The notes beneath the pieces are model-generated. The model worked only from the letters and a program-made list of their open reading frames with translations, was not told where the DNA came from and made no database searches. Of a DNA stretch of 64,000 nucleotides, positions 47,918 to 59,938 are shown one piece after another. The number at the start of each line of letters is the position of its first letter. Within the stretch, counting starts at the first letter, position 1. Origin of the DNA: Lachnospiraceae bacterium (GTDB lineage: Bacteria; Bacillota; Clostridia; Lachnospirales; Lachnospiraceae); the NCBI GenBank assembly GCA_045531905.1, contig JAZSEY010000020.1, positions 82,020 to 146,019 of the forward strand, given 5' to 3'. The translations under genes were made by a program, and so were the position numbers.

Positions 47918-50166
47918 GAAAAGAACGTGAGCGGGTTTTCGCAACACTTTTAGTTGGAATGATGCTACTTACCGGTTGTCAGTCTGCCGCACAGGTTGTT
48001 CCAGAACTGTTAGAGCCATTGGCGGTAAATGATGCATACAGACCTGTAGAGTATGGGGATGTAGGAACCGTGGATGTGCAGTTTGGGGTGATGCACCCAC
48101 AGGACATATGTCATTTTTGGCAGGTTTCTATTGAAGTGTCTGAAATTAAAGTGGATGTTGGAGAATACGTGGAACAGGGACAAGTATTGGCGTTGGCAGA
48201 TATGACTGGGCTAGAGGAGCAAATTGCAGATGCGAATGCGGCAATCACATTAGAGAAAAAATTGCATGAGCAGAAGGTGATTAGAAGAGAAGCAGAAGTA
48301 CAGGAATTGCAATATAAGCTGAAGGGAGCAAAGCAGAAAAAAGATAAAAAAGCAATTAAGGAATACAAAACAGCGTTGCAGGTGATGCAGGAAAATAATA
48401 GTTACGATGAGCGATTGTACAAAAAAATGCTAAAGACGTTGCAGGCTGATTTAAAAGAACTAGAACAGGCAAAAGCAGAGGGGACACTAATTGCCAGAAC
48501 TTCAGGGTATGTAACATATGTGAAGGATATATCGGAAAATAATATGACAGGACCTTCTGAAAATGTGGTAGTTATTTCAGATTATGAGAAAAGTTATATT
48601 GAATTAAATTCGGTAACAATAGACCAGAACCCATTCAATAAATATGCCGGTTGTTTTACTTATTACGATGGGAAAAAAGTTGTCTTGGAGGAATATGCAT
48701 ACAGTGAATCTGCTATGCTTACGATTCAAGCAAAGCAGCAATATCCCAATGTGCGACTCCGATTTGCTGAGCCAGAGAGCATAACAACGGGATTTGAAAT
48801 CGGTAGCAATGTGCCGGTATTTTTTTACCAAAACTTAAAAGAACATGTATTGGTTGTGGGAAATGATTCATTATATGAAGATGAAGTGGGCTTTTTTGTA
48901 TATGTAATGAAAGGGCAGGAAAAACAGCAAAGATACATTGAAATTGGCAACCAGGATGCCGCCAATACAGAAGTCATTTCTGGGTTAGAGGAAGGCGAAC
49001 TTGTGCATTATAGTTCGGAATCAGTATTGCCAGCGAGCTTCACTCCGTATACTGTGACAACTGCGGATTTTACTTTGAGTGAAACATCTAAGAACTATAA
49101 GGTACAGGATTACGAAACAAACTGTGTTTATTCAGAAGTAGAAGGTAGGATAAAAGAAGTATTTGTAACAGAAAGAGATTTGGTGAAAACAGGAGACTTG
49201 ATTTGTACGATTGAAACAAATGAAGGTGGGGCTGATATCAAAGCGCTTTCTAACCAAATCAAGCATTTGAAAAAAAGTCATCAGGAAGCCGTGTCCGATT
49301 ACGAAGCACAAATTGCAGATTTGAAACAACAGATGAAGCAGGCAAAAAAGGATGATAAGCAGAAAGAGGCATCCGAGATAGATGAAGAACAAGAACCGTA
49401 TCTTTATCAGCAGCTATCCTGTCAGATAGATATGGTGGAAGCAGATTTAAAAAACTGCGAAATCCAGTATGCATATGATTTGAGAAAACTACAGACAGAG
49501 TACAAAAAAATGACAGCTAACAACAATGGAAATGGTGTTGTAAAGGTGTTTGCACAGTGTGATGGCGAAATTGCCAATATGCGGATAAAGGTAGGGAAGA
49601 ATTATACTTATGGTGAGCGTTTGTTCAATATTCGCATACCGGCTACTAAGAGAATACTGTTGGGAGTTGTGGGAATTGGACCACAGTTGAATCAAGAGGT
49701 CCGTTTTATCAATCAAGATGGTGTTAGCTATACTGGAACCGTAACTGGTACTACAGGTGGCTTAGAAAATGATAGTCGTATATATGTGACGGAACTGAAT
49801 AACCAGATTTTTGTTACACAAAATGTAAATGATACCGGCAACTCTTACTATGTGGTACAAGCAGATGATTATGGCATTTTCGAAGAAGAAGGAATGGAAG
49901 CAGAATATGTCTACGGAAAAGTGGTGAATGCCGTTGTGGTACCAAGAAAGAGTGTTTTCACAGAAGAGGATTTGAAACAGCAGACATTGTACTATGTGTT
50001 CAGAATTCAAAACGACCAACTGGTAAAACAGTATGTGAAAATATTGGATAAAGCATCCTTGGGTAACACTACAGATAAAACGATTCAGGAAACAATGTGT
50101 GTGATCAGTGGGCTTCATGAAGGGGATGTGATAGCAGGCCCGGTTGAAGATAAGGAAGAAAAGTAG
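47914..50166 (+). CDS. Large tandem-duplicated membrane-fusion-like lipoprotein
   Basis: Lipobox LTGC. It has two coiled-coil hairpins and two lipoyl-like motifs (GQVLALADMTG and GDLICTIETNEG). Confidence 0.55.
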   Translation: MRKERERVFATLLVGMMLLTGCQSAAQVVPELLEPLAVNDAYRPVEYGDVGTVDVQFGVMHPQDICHFWQVSIEVSEIKVDVGEYVEQGQVLALADMTGLEEQIADANAAITLEKKLHEQKVIRREAEVQELQYKLKGAKQKKDKKAIKEYKTALQVMQENNSYDERLYKKMLKTLQADLKELEQAKAEGTLIARTSGYVTYVKDISENNMTGPSENVVVISDYEKSYIELNSVTIDQNPFNKYAGCFTYYDGKKVVLEEYAYSESAMLTIQAKQQYPNVRLRFAEPESITTGFEIGSNVPVFFYQNLKEHVLVVGNDSLYEDEVGFFVYVMKGQEKQQRYIEIGNQDAANTEVISGLEEGELVHYSSESVLPASFTPYTVTTADFTLSETSKNYKVQDYETNCVYSEVEGRIKEVFVTERDLVKTGDLICTIETNEGGADIKALSNQIKHLKKSHQEAVSDYEAQIADLKQQMKQAKKDDKQKEASEIDEEQEPYLYQQLSCQIDMVEADLKNCEIQYAYDLRKLQTEYKKMTANNNGNGVVKVFAQCDGEIANMRIKVGKNYTYGERLFNIRIPATKRILLGVVGIGPQLNQEVRFINQDGVSYTGTVTGTTGGLENDSRIYVTELNNQIFVTQNVNDTGNSYYVVQADDYGIFEEEGMEAEYVYGKVVNAVVVPRKSVFTEEDLKQQTLYYVFRIQNDQLVKQYVKILDKASLGNTTDKTIQETMCVISGLHEGDVIAGPVEDKEEK

Positions 50167-50185
50167 CATCTGACTAGGAGGATTT

Positions 50186-52990
50186 ATGTTTCACTTTATA
50201 ATACAAAAAATGAAAAACAAAGGTTGGATGACGATTTGCCAGTTGATGGGTATGGCATTTTTAGTAGCGTCATTAAGCTGTCTTCCTATGTTTCAGGCAG
50301 GGGCCTCGGATAAATTGTTACGGACAACCTTTGAAAAATACATAGAAGAGAATAATCAGTATCCAACCGTAATTGGTCGCAGTGGAGTATGCGATACCGA
50401 AAAATCCTCAGAGGCAGAACAGGTAATTCGGCAAATTCAGGAGTATGAAAATACATGGAAGCGATACCTATTAGACCTGACCCCATTGACAACACAGACA
50501 AGACTGACCTTGGGAGAAGAAAAGAGTCGGGGAACTTATGACAGTAAAAATAGTTATCTGTCTATCAGTTATATACCGGACATGATGGAACATAGTCAGA
50601 TAGTATATGGAGAAGGATTTGATATGGAAAATGCTGATGGTGACTGCTATCCATGCATCATTTCTGAAGGGGTAATGGACAGTTATCAACTAGTTGTAGG
50701 TGAGACAATTTCCCTTGGTCTGGAAGACGAGGATGCAAAGCAGATTCAACTTGTAGTAGCAGGTATTTTCAAGGAAAAAGAGAATAAGGATTTATTCTGG
50801 TATGTGGAACCGAATGAATTCGAAAAAGAGATATTTGTCAGTGAAGAACACTTCAATGACATTGTCAAGCGTTACGATAAAGCGAGTATTACCTATCATC
50901 ATTTTATGTTGTTGGATTATCGTGATATCAATCACCGTAATGTTGATGATGTTATGTACTATTTGGAACAGTTTCACCTAAAGGATGCAAATTTGGAGGA
51001 GACAATCTACCGCTTCTATGCTCCTTACTTAGAGGGAAAAAAGTCGATAGAAATTACGCTTTGGGTGTTGGAGCTTCCTTTGCTTGGAATGGTTCTTGCT
51101 TTCATTTATATGGTATCAGGTCAGTTGGTCAGGGCAGAATTAAATGAAATTGCTATGCTGAAAAGTCGAGGGATTAAGAGGAAACAAGTAATATTTCTTT
51201 ATCTGTTACAGGCAGGTATCACATCTGTGCTTGCATTGGCGGTGGGATTTCCTTTTGGCTGGTTGCTGTGCAAGATTGGAGGCGGAACGGTTGCATTTTT
51301 GAAGGTATCCACAGGTAGTATGCATCTGTATCATCCGGTATGGCAGATGTTGCCATATGGATTATTAGCTGTGATTGTAGGTAGTATTTTTCTTTTGATA
51401 CCGGTTATACAAAACTCTCACGTGTCTATTGTGGAGCGAATAGGTGGAGACAATCGCAATCAGAAAATGCTATGGGAAAAATACTATCTGGATGTGCTAT
51501 TGTTCCTAGGTTCCATTTATCTGTTTTATAATTTTAACAAACAACAAGACTCTATACGATTACATGCACTGGCAGGGAATACTATGGATCCGTTTATCTT
51601 CTTGGATACCATACTGTTTATTGTGGGATTTGGCTTGATTACCTTGCGACTCATCCATTGTCTGGTGCGAAGAGTGTATACACTTGGAAAGAAAAAATGG
51701 AATCCGGTCATGTACGCATCCTTTTTGCAAATTACAAGAAGCTTTTCGAAACAGGGATTTATTTCTGTGTTTATGATACTGACAGTTGCGTTGGGGATTT
51801 TTTACGCGAATACAGCCAGAACCATTAACCAAAACAACATAAATCGTGTGGAGTATGACAATGGTGCAGATGTGGTCATAGAGGAATATTGGAAGAAAAA
51901 AATCTATGAGAACAATCAGGGTGTGAAGGATTTTATTTATTTGGAACCGGATTATGGGAAATATGAAATGTTGGTACAAGAGGGGCTATTATCCAATGTT
52001 ACCAGAGTCATTTCAGATCCTTATGCATTGGCCATTGCAGGCAGTACCCAAATGGAAAATTGTTTGATGCTAGGTATTCATACAAAGAATCTGGGAGAGA
52101 CCTCGGATTTGAATGTTTCGATGATGGATGATGTACATTGGTATGAGCATTTAAATGCGTTGGCGAAGGAACCATATGGTTTCATTATTTCCAGAAATCT
52201 GGCGGAGGAAATGGAGCTTGCTGTGGGAGACAGTCTGGGGGTACAACGAGAAAGCCACGAGGCCATTTCTAAGGTTTTCGGAAGAATGAATGGAACGGTG
52301 GTTGCCATTGTAGATGGTTGGCCGGGTTTTTCTCAGTACTATATGGCTGAGGGAGAGCAAAAAGAGCGATATCTGATTATTGGTAACTATGCAACCATGG
52401 TACAGACCTATAAGGTAACGCCGTATAGTATATGGGGAAGGCTGGCAAAGGGGGTAACCAGTGATGATGTGTATCAGGCACTACTGGATCAACATGTGGA
52501 AATAGATAGTTTCGCCAGCATGGCGGATGATATAGAAGAAAAAATGCAATCGGCATTGGTTCAGATTACAAATGGAATGTTCACCTTGAGCTTTGTCATT
52601 GCGTTATTACTTTGCGGAGTCGGATATTTGATTTATTGGGTTTCCTCTATCCGCCAAAGGGAGTTGCTATTTGGAGTTTACCGTGCTATGGGTTTGTCGG
52701 TGAATCATATCAATCGCATGCTTGTAAATGAGCATATATTCAGTACCTTGTTATCTATTGTGGCGGGCTGTATCGTTGGCATGGTGGCAACCTTCCTGTT
52801 TACAAAACTGTTTTGTCTCATTTATTTGCCGGAGAAGCACAATCTTCCACTTTCCATTTTCTTTGAAGGTATGGACATTGCAAAACTGTTATTGATTGTG
52901 TTGGCAATGATTGTAGTTTGTGCGTTGGTGCTTCGGAAACTGGTTAGAACATTGAATATTACGCAAGCATTAAAGATGGGGGAGGAGTAG
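50186..52990 (+). CDS. Fused double FtsX-type ABC permease (MacB-like, 934 aa)
   Basis: Two 4-TM FtsX bundles, each preceded by a large extracytoplasmic domain. Confidence 0.7.
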   Translation: MFHFIIQKMKNKGWMTICQLMGMAFLVASLSCLPMFQAGASDKLLRTTFEKYIEENNQYPTVIGRSGVCDTEKSSEAEQVIRQIQEYENTWKRYLLDLTPLTTQTRLTLGEEKSRGTYDSKNSYLSISYIPDMMEHSQIVYGEGFDMENADGDCYPCIISEGVMDSYQLVVGETISLGLEDEDAKQIQLVVAGIFKEKENKDLFWYVEPNEFEKEIFVSEEHFNDIVKRYDKASITYHHFMLLDYRDINHRNVDDVMYYLEQFHLKDANLEETIYRFYAPYLEGKKSIEITLWVLELPLLGMVLAFIYMVSGQLVRAELNEIAMLKSRGIKRKQVIFLYLLQAGITSVLALAVGFPFGWLLCKIGGGTVAFLKVSTGSMHLYHPVWQMLPYGLLAVIVGSIFLLIPVIQNSHVSIVERIGGDNRNQKMLWEKYYLDVLLFLGSIYLFYNFNKQQDSIRLHALAGNTMDPFIFLDTILFIVGFGLITLRLIHCLVRRVYTLGKKKWNPVMYASFLQITRSFSKQGFISVFMILTVALGIFYANTARTINQNNINRVEYDNGADVVIEEYWKKKIYENNQGVKDFIYLEPDYGKYEMLVQEGLLSNVTRVISDPYALAIAGSTQMENCLMLGIHTKNLGETSDLNVSMMDDVHWYEHLNALAKEPYGFIISRNLAEEMELAVGDSLGVQRESHEAISKVFGRMNGTVVAIVDGWPGFSQYYMAEGEQKERYLIIGNYATMVQTYKVTPYSIWGRLAKGVTSDDVYQALLDQHVEIDSFASMADDIEEKMQSALVQITNGMFTLSFVIALLLCGVGYLIYWVSSIRQRELLFGVYRAMGLSVNHINRMLVNEHIFSTLLSIVAGCIVGMVATFLFTKLFCLIYLPEKHNLPLSIFFEGMDIAKLLLIVLAMIVVCALVLRKLVRTLNITQALKMGEE

Positions 52991-52992
52991 CA

Positions 52993-53718
52993 ATGGAGCA
53001 AAAAAACATGATTGTTGCAAAGGGCATTGAAAAAGCCTTTCCCATGGGAGATGGCGGGCAGTTTTACGCATTAAAAGGGATAGATGTTGAAATTCCGAAA
53101 GGGAAGCTGATCATATTGAAGGGGCGTTCCGGTTCAGGGAAAACCACACTGCTTAATATGCTCAGTACGCTAGATACCCCGACGGAAGGGGAAATATATC
53201 TGGATGGAGAAAACATGTCAGGGCTTTCTGAGACGAAAAAGGAATATCTTAGAAGAGCAAAACTAGGGTTTGTCTTTCAGTCAGTGGCATTGATTCCGGT
53301 TATGAATGCCTATGAGAATGTGGATTTTTCCTTGCGGTTATCTACATTTGAAGCAGAAGAACATTTAGACGATGTAGTAGTTCTTTCAGAGGAAGACAGA
53401 CATAATCGGATTATGGATGTGCTTTCCTTAGTTGGAATGGAAGAAAGATGTTTGCATATGCCGGGACAAATGTCAGGTGGAGAACAGCAGCGTATTGCAA
53501 TTGCCAGGGCCATTGTCCATAAACCTAAGGTGTTATTTGCAGATGAGCCTACAGGTGCTTTAGATACAGAAATGGGACTCAAAATTGTGAAACTCTTTCG
53601 GTTATTAGTGGAGAAAGAGGGGATTACCATCATAATGACTACCCATGATCCAGGATTGATGGAATTGGGAGATGTTGTTTTTGAGATGGAGGACGGTGAG
53701 ATTATTGATAGAATGTGA
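52993..53718 (+). CDS. ABC transporter ATP-binding protein (MacB/LolD type)
   Basis: Walker A GRSGSGKTT, signature MSGGEQQRIAIARA and Walker B VLFADEPTGALD. Confidence 0.9.
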   Translation: MEQKNMIVAKGIEKAFPMGDGGQFYALKGIDVEIPKGKLIILKGRSGSGKTTLLNMLSTLDTPTEGEIYLDGENMSGLSETKKEYLRRAKLGFVFQSVALIPVMNAYENVDFSLRLSTFEAEEHLDDVVVLSEEDRHNRIMDVLSLVGMEERCLHMPGQMSGGEQQRIAIARAIVHKPKVLFADEPTGALDTEMGLKIVKLFRLLVEKEGITIIMTTHDPGLMELGDVVFEMEDGEIIDRM

Positions 53719-54571
53719 CGGCTTGGTAAAGATATATAAAACAGATGAAATAGAGGTTATGGCATTACAGGGCTTAGATTTGACCGTGGAGTCAGGAGAA
53801 CTCATGGCAGTGATTGGGAAAAGTGGCAGTGGAAAGAGCACGCTGATGAATATGATTGGTGGTCTGGAGAAACCTTCTGCAGGCAGAATCATTGTAGACG
53901 ACAAAAATCTTGCTGACATGTCGGAAGAGGAAATGGATATTTATCGAAAGCAAAAGATAGGTTTTGTTTGGCAAAAGAGTGCCAGAAATCTCTTCAACTA
54001 TTTGACGGCGGTAGAAAATATAGAAGCTGCCATGCAGTTTTCAGATATCACAAAACAAGAGAAAAGAACTAGAGCAGAATCCTTGTTAGATAAGGTGGGG
54101 ATGTCCCATAAAAAAGATGCTTATCCTCCGCAGATGTCTGGTGGTGAACAGCAGAGAGTTGCCATTGCAGTGGCGTTGGCAAATTTACCGGATATTTTGT
54201 TGGCAGATGAGCCCACCGGAGCAGTGGATAGTAAAACCTCTGCTATGATTCAGGATTTGTTTCGCCAATTAAATCAAGAGCTTGGAATCACCATTATTAT
54301 CGTTACCCACGACCCTAAACTTGCTGATAAGGTGGACCGAGTAGTGATGATTTCTGATGGTAAAATCAGTACAGAAAAAATTGTGACAGAGCATACCCAT
54401 GATGAGTTTACGGTGATGGATAAGGCGCATCGATTACAGCTTAGCGAAGATATGCTGGCAGCCGCAGGTATTGACAGTAACAAGGTGCGCATCAGCATGG
54501 AAGATGGTAGACTCATCATTACCGGTGAAAGTGTAAACAACCTCCCAAATTGTGAGAATTCAGTGATATAA
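53705..54571 (+). CDS. Second ABC ATP-binding protein (MacB/LolD type) with a ~70-aa C-terminal extension
   Basis: Walker A GKSGSGKST, signature MSGGEQQRVAIAVA and Walker B ILLADEPTGAVD. The likely start is TTG 53705 (or ATG 53672), overlapping the upstream stop. Confidence 0.8.
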   Translation: MIECDGLVKIYKTDEIEVMALQGLDLTVESGELMAVIGKSGSGKSTLMNMIGGLEKPSAGRIIVDDKNLADMSEEEMDIYRKQKIGFVWQKSARNLFNYLTAVENIEAAMQFSDITKQEKRTRAESLLDKVGMSHKKDAYPPQMSGGEQQRVAIAVALANLPDILLADEPTGAVDSKTSAMIQDLFRQLNQELGITIIIVTHDPKLADKVDRVVMISDGKISTEKIVTEHTHDEFTVMDKAHRLQLSEDMLAAAGIDSNKVRISMEDGRLIITGESVNNLPNCENSVI

Positions 54572-54587
54572 ATTGTCCAAATTGTGA

Positions 54588-56060
<1,473 letters not shown>

Positions 56061-56063
<3 letters not shown>

Positions 56064-56303
56064 CAGCGGATACTTTGCACAGAGAGTGGGTATTCATTCT
56101 TCATCACTATATTTGTGTTGTTATGAATGTCTAAGTATATCCTGTGAAATATAATTGCCCACACATAAAACTCTACTCCCTACTGCTCAAACAGTTATGT
56201 GTGGGTATATATTTTGCACAGGATACACTAACACATTCTATAACAAACAAATAATGTGATGTTTCATGAATACCCACTCTCTGTATATGACTATCCGCTG
56301 TTA
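56061..56303. repeat. Palindromic intergenic element 4, the simplest unit of the family. Both convergent stop codons lie in its arms.
   Basis: TAACAGCGGATACTT...AGAGAGTGGGTATTCAT mirrors ATGAATACCCACTCTCTG...TATCCGCTGTTA. Internal modules are ATGAATGTCTAAGTATATCCTGTGAAATATAATTGCCCACACATAAAACTC and its inverse. Confidence 0.7.
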
Positions 56304-57671
56304 TTGATATAACTTACGCCGTAGTCTTTTCATGACATATAGATAGGCTGGTATTAGGAAACAGTCTGCTGCCAGCCATGCTAATGGTCCTTCAAATGGA
56401 ACCAAGAGAAAACCAAAGGTTGGTACTAGATACACGCCGGAAAAACTTCTTGCAATCATCTCACAGATACCAGCGATAATCGCAAAGGTGGAATAACCAA
56501 GCCCTTGAATTGTAAAGCGTACAGTGTTGACAAATGCTAATAAAAAATAGAACATAGAACTACCACACAAGAATTTATAAATTAGTTCTATGATATAGAT
56601 TTCGTCAGCATCCACAAACAGTAAAGCAAACTGTTTGCCAAAACTTACCATAATTAAGAAGATTATCAGTCCATAACCAATACCTAGCTTTAAGCAGTCT
56701 TTTAAACCTTGGTCTATTCTGTCTAATTTTCCGGCACCAACATTTTGACCACTGTAAGTTGCCATAGTAGTACCCATGGCTTCATACGGACAGGTTGCAA
56801 ATATGCCAATTCTGTTGGCTGCGGTAACTGCAGCCACAACTGTTTCGCCAAGAGCATTGATAGAGGTCTGCAAAATGACGCTTCCGATGCCGGTGACGGA
56901 ATATTGTAATCCCATAGGGATGCCTATGCCACAAAGCTTTAACACATGAATTTTTCTAATGATCCAGTCCTCATTTTTAAAATGCAAATAACTATATTTT
57001 TTAATAAAGTAAAATAGACAGATAATACCAGCGATACCTTGGGCTGTGATAGTGGCAATAGCAGCACCAGCAACTCCCATAGGCTTTATCATTAACAAAT
57101 CCAAAACAATATTTAGTAGTGAAGAGAATACCAAAAAAATTACAGGTATAACACTGTTGCCCATGGAACGAAGAATTCCAGAGACCATGTTATATAGAAG
57201 AATGGCGGGCGTGCCCAGAAATATAATCAAAATATATGTGTAGGCATCCTGGAAAATGGTATCAGGCGTCTTCATCATAATCAAAATGTCTTTTGTCAAC
57301 AGACAAACCACAGTGGTAAATATTGTCGCAAAGATAATGGATACCCACACACAATTGGTAATGTACCGTTTTAGATTGGTTGTATCCTTTGCACCAAAGG
57401 CCTGAGCTACAGGTATTGCAAATCCATTGCAAACACCAATACAAAATCCCATAATCATAAAATTAATTGAACTGGTAGAACCTACAGCAGCTAGGGCATT
57501 TACACCTAATACTTGACCGACAATAATTGAGTCTACCATATTATACAATTGTTGAAAGATTAAACCAAATAATAGAGGAAGTCCAAAACTCAGTATCAAT
57601 TGCATTGGTTTTCCTTCTGTTAAATCTTTCGTGCCGGATGATGTGTTTTTAAAGAGTTTCATTTTTAACAT
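56301..57671 (-). CDS. MATE family efflux transporter
   Basis: 12 TMs. Start set to ATG 57671 (MLKMKLFKN), which carries a GGAGGAAG ribosome-binding site. The longer ORF extension lacks a ribosome-binding site. Confidence 0.85.
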   Translation of the reverse strand: MLKMKLFKNTSSGTKDLTEGKPMQLILSFGLPLLFGLIFQQLYNMVDSIIVGQVLGVNALAAVGSTSSINFMIMGFCIGVCNGFAIPVAQAFGAKDTTNLKRYITNCVWVSIIFATIFTTVVCLLTKDILIMMKTPDTIFQDAYTYILIIFLGTPAILLYNMVSGILRSMGNSVIPVIFLVFSSLLNIVLDLLMIKPMGVAGAAIATITAQGIAGIICLFYFIKKYSYLHFKNEDWIIRKIHVLKLCGIGIPMGLQYSVTGIGSVILQTSINALGETVVAAVTAANRIGIFATCPYEAMGTTMATYSGQNVGAGKLDRIDQGLKDCLKLGIGYGLIIFLIMVSFGKQFALLFVDADEIYIIELIYKFLCGSSMFYFLLAFVNTVRFTIQGLGYSTFAIIAGICEMIARSFSGVYLVPTFGFLLVPFEGPLAWLAADCFLIPAYLYVMKRLRRKLYQ

Positions 57672-57849
57672 AATACTTCCTCCTCTCAAAAATTGGTGAA
57701 ATGTTAATATCACCCTAATTTGAGAATAAACTGAGCAAGGAAAATGCGATATCACTTTATGGTTTGTTTTTATAACAATCGTACATTTTGTAAATAGAAG
57801 GCTTTGTGTTATAATACGTGGAAGATATGAAAAACAGGAGGGAATATAC

Positions 57850-58641
57850 ATGACTCCATTAGAGCAGTATTACAATAAATTCAATGAAGAGAAAAGATTA
57901 TTAAGCAGGCATGGTCAGGTGGAATATGCAGTAACCATGAAGTACATACATAAGTATTTGCAGAAATTGAAGGCTCGAGGCGTGGAACAACCACTGAAGA
58001 TTTTGGATGTGGGAGCAGGAACCGGTCGATATTCCGTTGCCCTTGCAGAAGAAGGATATGATGTCACTGCGGTGGAATTGGTGAAATACAATTTGGGAAT
58101 TTTGAAGAAAAAGAATAGTGCAGTGAAAGCTTATCAAGGGAATGCTCTCAAATTGAAGCGTTTCGAGGATCATACTTTTGATGTGACTTTGATGTTTGGT
58201 CCCATGTATCATTTACTGACCTTTGAAGAAAAATGTCAGGCACTGTCCGAAGCAAAACGTGTGACAAAGCCAGGTGGCTATATCTTGGTAGCTTACTGCA
58301 TGAATGATTACAGTATCCTGACATATGGTTTTAAAGAAAATCATATGAAGGAATGTGTGGAGAATGGGAGCATTCATCCTGAGACCTTCCGGGTAAATCC
58401 ATCTACGGAGGATTTATATGATTATGTCAGACTAGAAGATATAGATGCAGTCAATGCTCATGTGGGTATGAAACGAGTTCAAATCATTGCACCGGATGGC
58501 GCAGCAGATTATATGCGTCAGACCCTAAATGCCATGGATGAAGAGACTTTTGATTTGTTCATTTCTTATCAAATGTCAATCTGCGAACGTCCGGAATTAT
58601 TGGGTGCAAGCTCACATACCGTAGATATTTTAGAAAATTAA
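57850..58641 (+). CDS. Class I SAM-dependent methyltransferase
   Basis: Motif I is ILDVGAGTGRYSVALAEEGYDVTAVE. Confidence 0.8.
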   Translation: MTPLEQYYNKFNEEKRLLSRHGQVEYAVTMKYIHKYLQKLKARGVEQPLKILDVGAGTGRYSVALAEEGYDVTAVELVKYNLGILKKKNSAVKAYQGNALKLKRFEDHTFDVTLMFGPMYHLLTFEEKCQALSEAKRVTKPGGYILVAYCMNDYSILTYGFKENHMKECVENGSIHPETFRVNPSTEDLYDYVRLEDIDAVNAHVGMKRVQIIAPDGAADYMRQTLNAMDEETFDLFISYQMSICERPELLGASSHTVDILEN

Positions 58642-58702
58642 ATTAAAAATATCATTTCTCGTCCAAGGTGTGATATAATGTATTTAAGACTGGAAAAGGT
58701 AG

Positions 58703-59938
58703 GTGCTGTGTGTGTCATACAAATATCATATGTCATGGACTGAAAAAGTATATTGTAGGCTGTATCAGAAGAAACAGCGAATAAAACTAGTGCGTGCACC
58801 ATATCGTAAACCGGAGATATTAAGGCAGTGGGATGATTGTGTACATTTGTTGTCGGAGAATAACGTAAAGAGAGTGTTGTTGATTACAGAACAGTCTGTT
58901 TCTGTGAATACATGTGCTGAAGTGATAAAGAATGCATTCGATGAAATTGGACTTCAATATTCTCTCTATATTTGCGCAAATCGGAATAATCGCATCAGTG
59001 ATGTGGAAAAAGCGAGTGCACTCTACCTGCAGGATAATTGCGATGGCATTATGGCTGTTGGTGGAAGTATGATTATGGATTGTGCAAAGTTGAGTGCCGC
59101 CAAAATTGTAAGGCAGGATTTAACTGTCAGAGGTTTATGTGGTGTGATGCAAATTCAATCGCAGTTGCCAATGCTGATTGCTGTTCCTACGGTAGCAGGG
59201 ACTGGTTGTGAAGCTGCGACAATTACAGGAGCGGTTAGTGATAAGTTAAAACTCAAATGGTTAGCTTATGATACTTCATTGATTCCGGATTATGTACTCA
59301 TGATGCCGGAATGGATGACAGATCTTTCATCGTGCATGCTGGCTGCATGTGGAATGTCCACATTGGCACAAGCGATAGAAGCATATATAGGACGTGATGG
59401 AACCGAGCAATGCAAACAGTATGCGAAGACATCCGTTAGTGTGCTACATAAGTATTTGAAATATGCTTGCCGGCATTCTGAGAATGTGGAAGCGAGAGAA
59501 AAAATGCTACTGGCTTCTCACTATGCCGATTTATCGCATTTACAAGCTTTTCCTGGATATGTGTATGCTATGGCAAATGCATTTAGTATGCAGTGTGACA
59601 TTTCGCTGGAAATGGCACAAGCAATGGTACTTCCTGTTATATTGCAACATTATGGAAAAAGTTGTTATAAGGAATTGGCACAATTAGCGAAGGACATAGG
59701 TATCGTTAATGAAAAAATAAGTGCAGCCAAGGCTGCACAGAAATTTATAGATTGGATTTATGCTTTCAATAGGGACATGGGTATTCCAAGTAAATATTTA
59801 CTTTCGGAAGTGGATATTGCGTATATTATCATGCATACTTTGCATGAGGCAAATCCTTTATACCCAGTGCCAAAACTGATGGGATACGATGAATTAGAGT
59901 TAATACTGCGAGCGATTAGTCAGGATGTGGTTACATGA
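58703..59938 (+). CDS. Iron-containing alcohol dehydrogenase family protein
   Basis: Contains GGSMIMDCAKL, which matches GGGSxxDxAK, plus a later His cluster. Confidence 0.7.
   Translation: MLCVSYKYHMSWTEKVYCRLYQKKQRIKLVRAPYRKPEILRQWDDCVHLLSENNVKRVLLITEQSVSVNTCAEVIKNAFDEIGLQYSLYICANRNNRISDVEKASALYLQDNCDGIMAVGGSMIMDCAKLSAAKIVRQDLTVRGLCGVMQIQSQLPMLIAVPTVAGTGCEAATITGAVSDKLKLKWLAYDTSLIPDYVLMMPEWMTDLSSCMLAACGMSTLAQAIEAYIGRDGTEQCKQYAKTSVSVLHKYLKYACRHSENVEAREKMLLASHYADLSHLQAFPGYVYAMANAFSMQCDISLEMAQAMVLPVILQHYGKSCYKELAQLAKDIGIVNEKISAAKAAQKFIDWIYAFNRDMGIPSKYLLSEVDIAYIIMHTLHEANPLYPVPKLMGYDELELILRAISQDVVT

Noticed and set aside
56301-57851. Long N-terminal extension of the MATE transporter ORF (60 extra aa)
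   Set aside because: The extension is Cys/Ser/Phe-rich, lacks a ribosome-binding site, and runs into the divergent promoter region. ATG 57671 has a GGAGGAAG ribosome-binding site and starts the first TM.
59931-59938. 8-bp overlap of convergent stop codons (ADH-like + / TetR -)
   Set aside because: This is a real feature of the sequence, but it is a common compact-genome arrangement. It is not a finding by itself.
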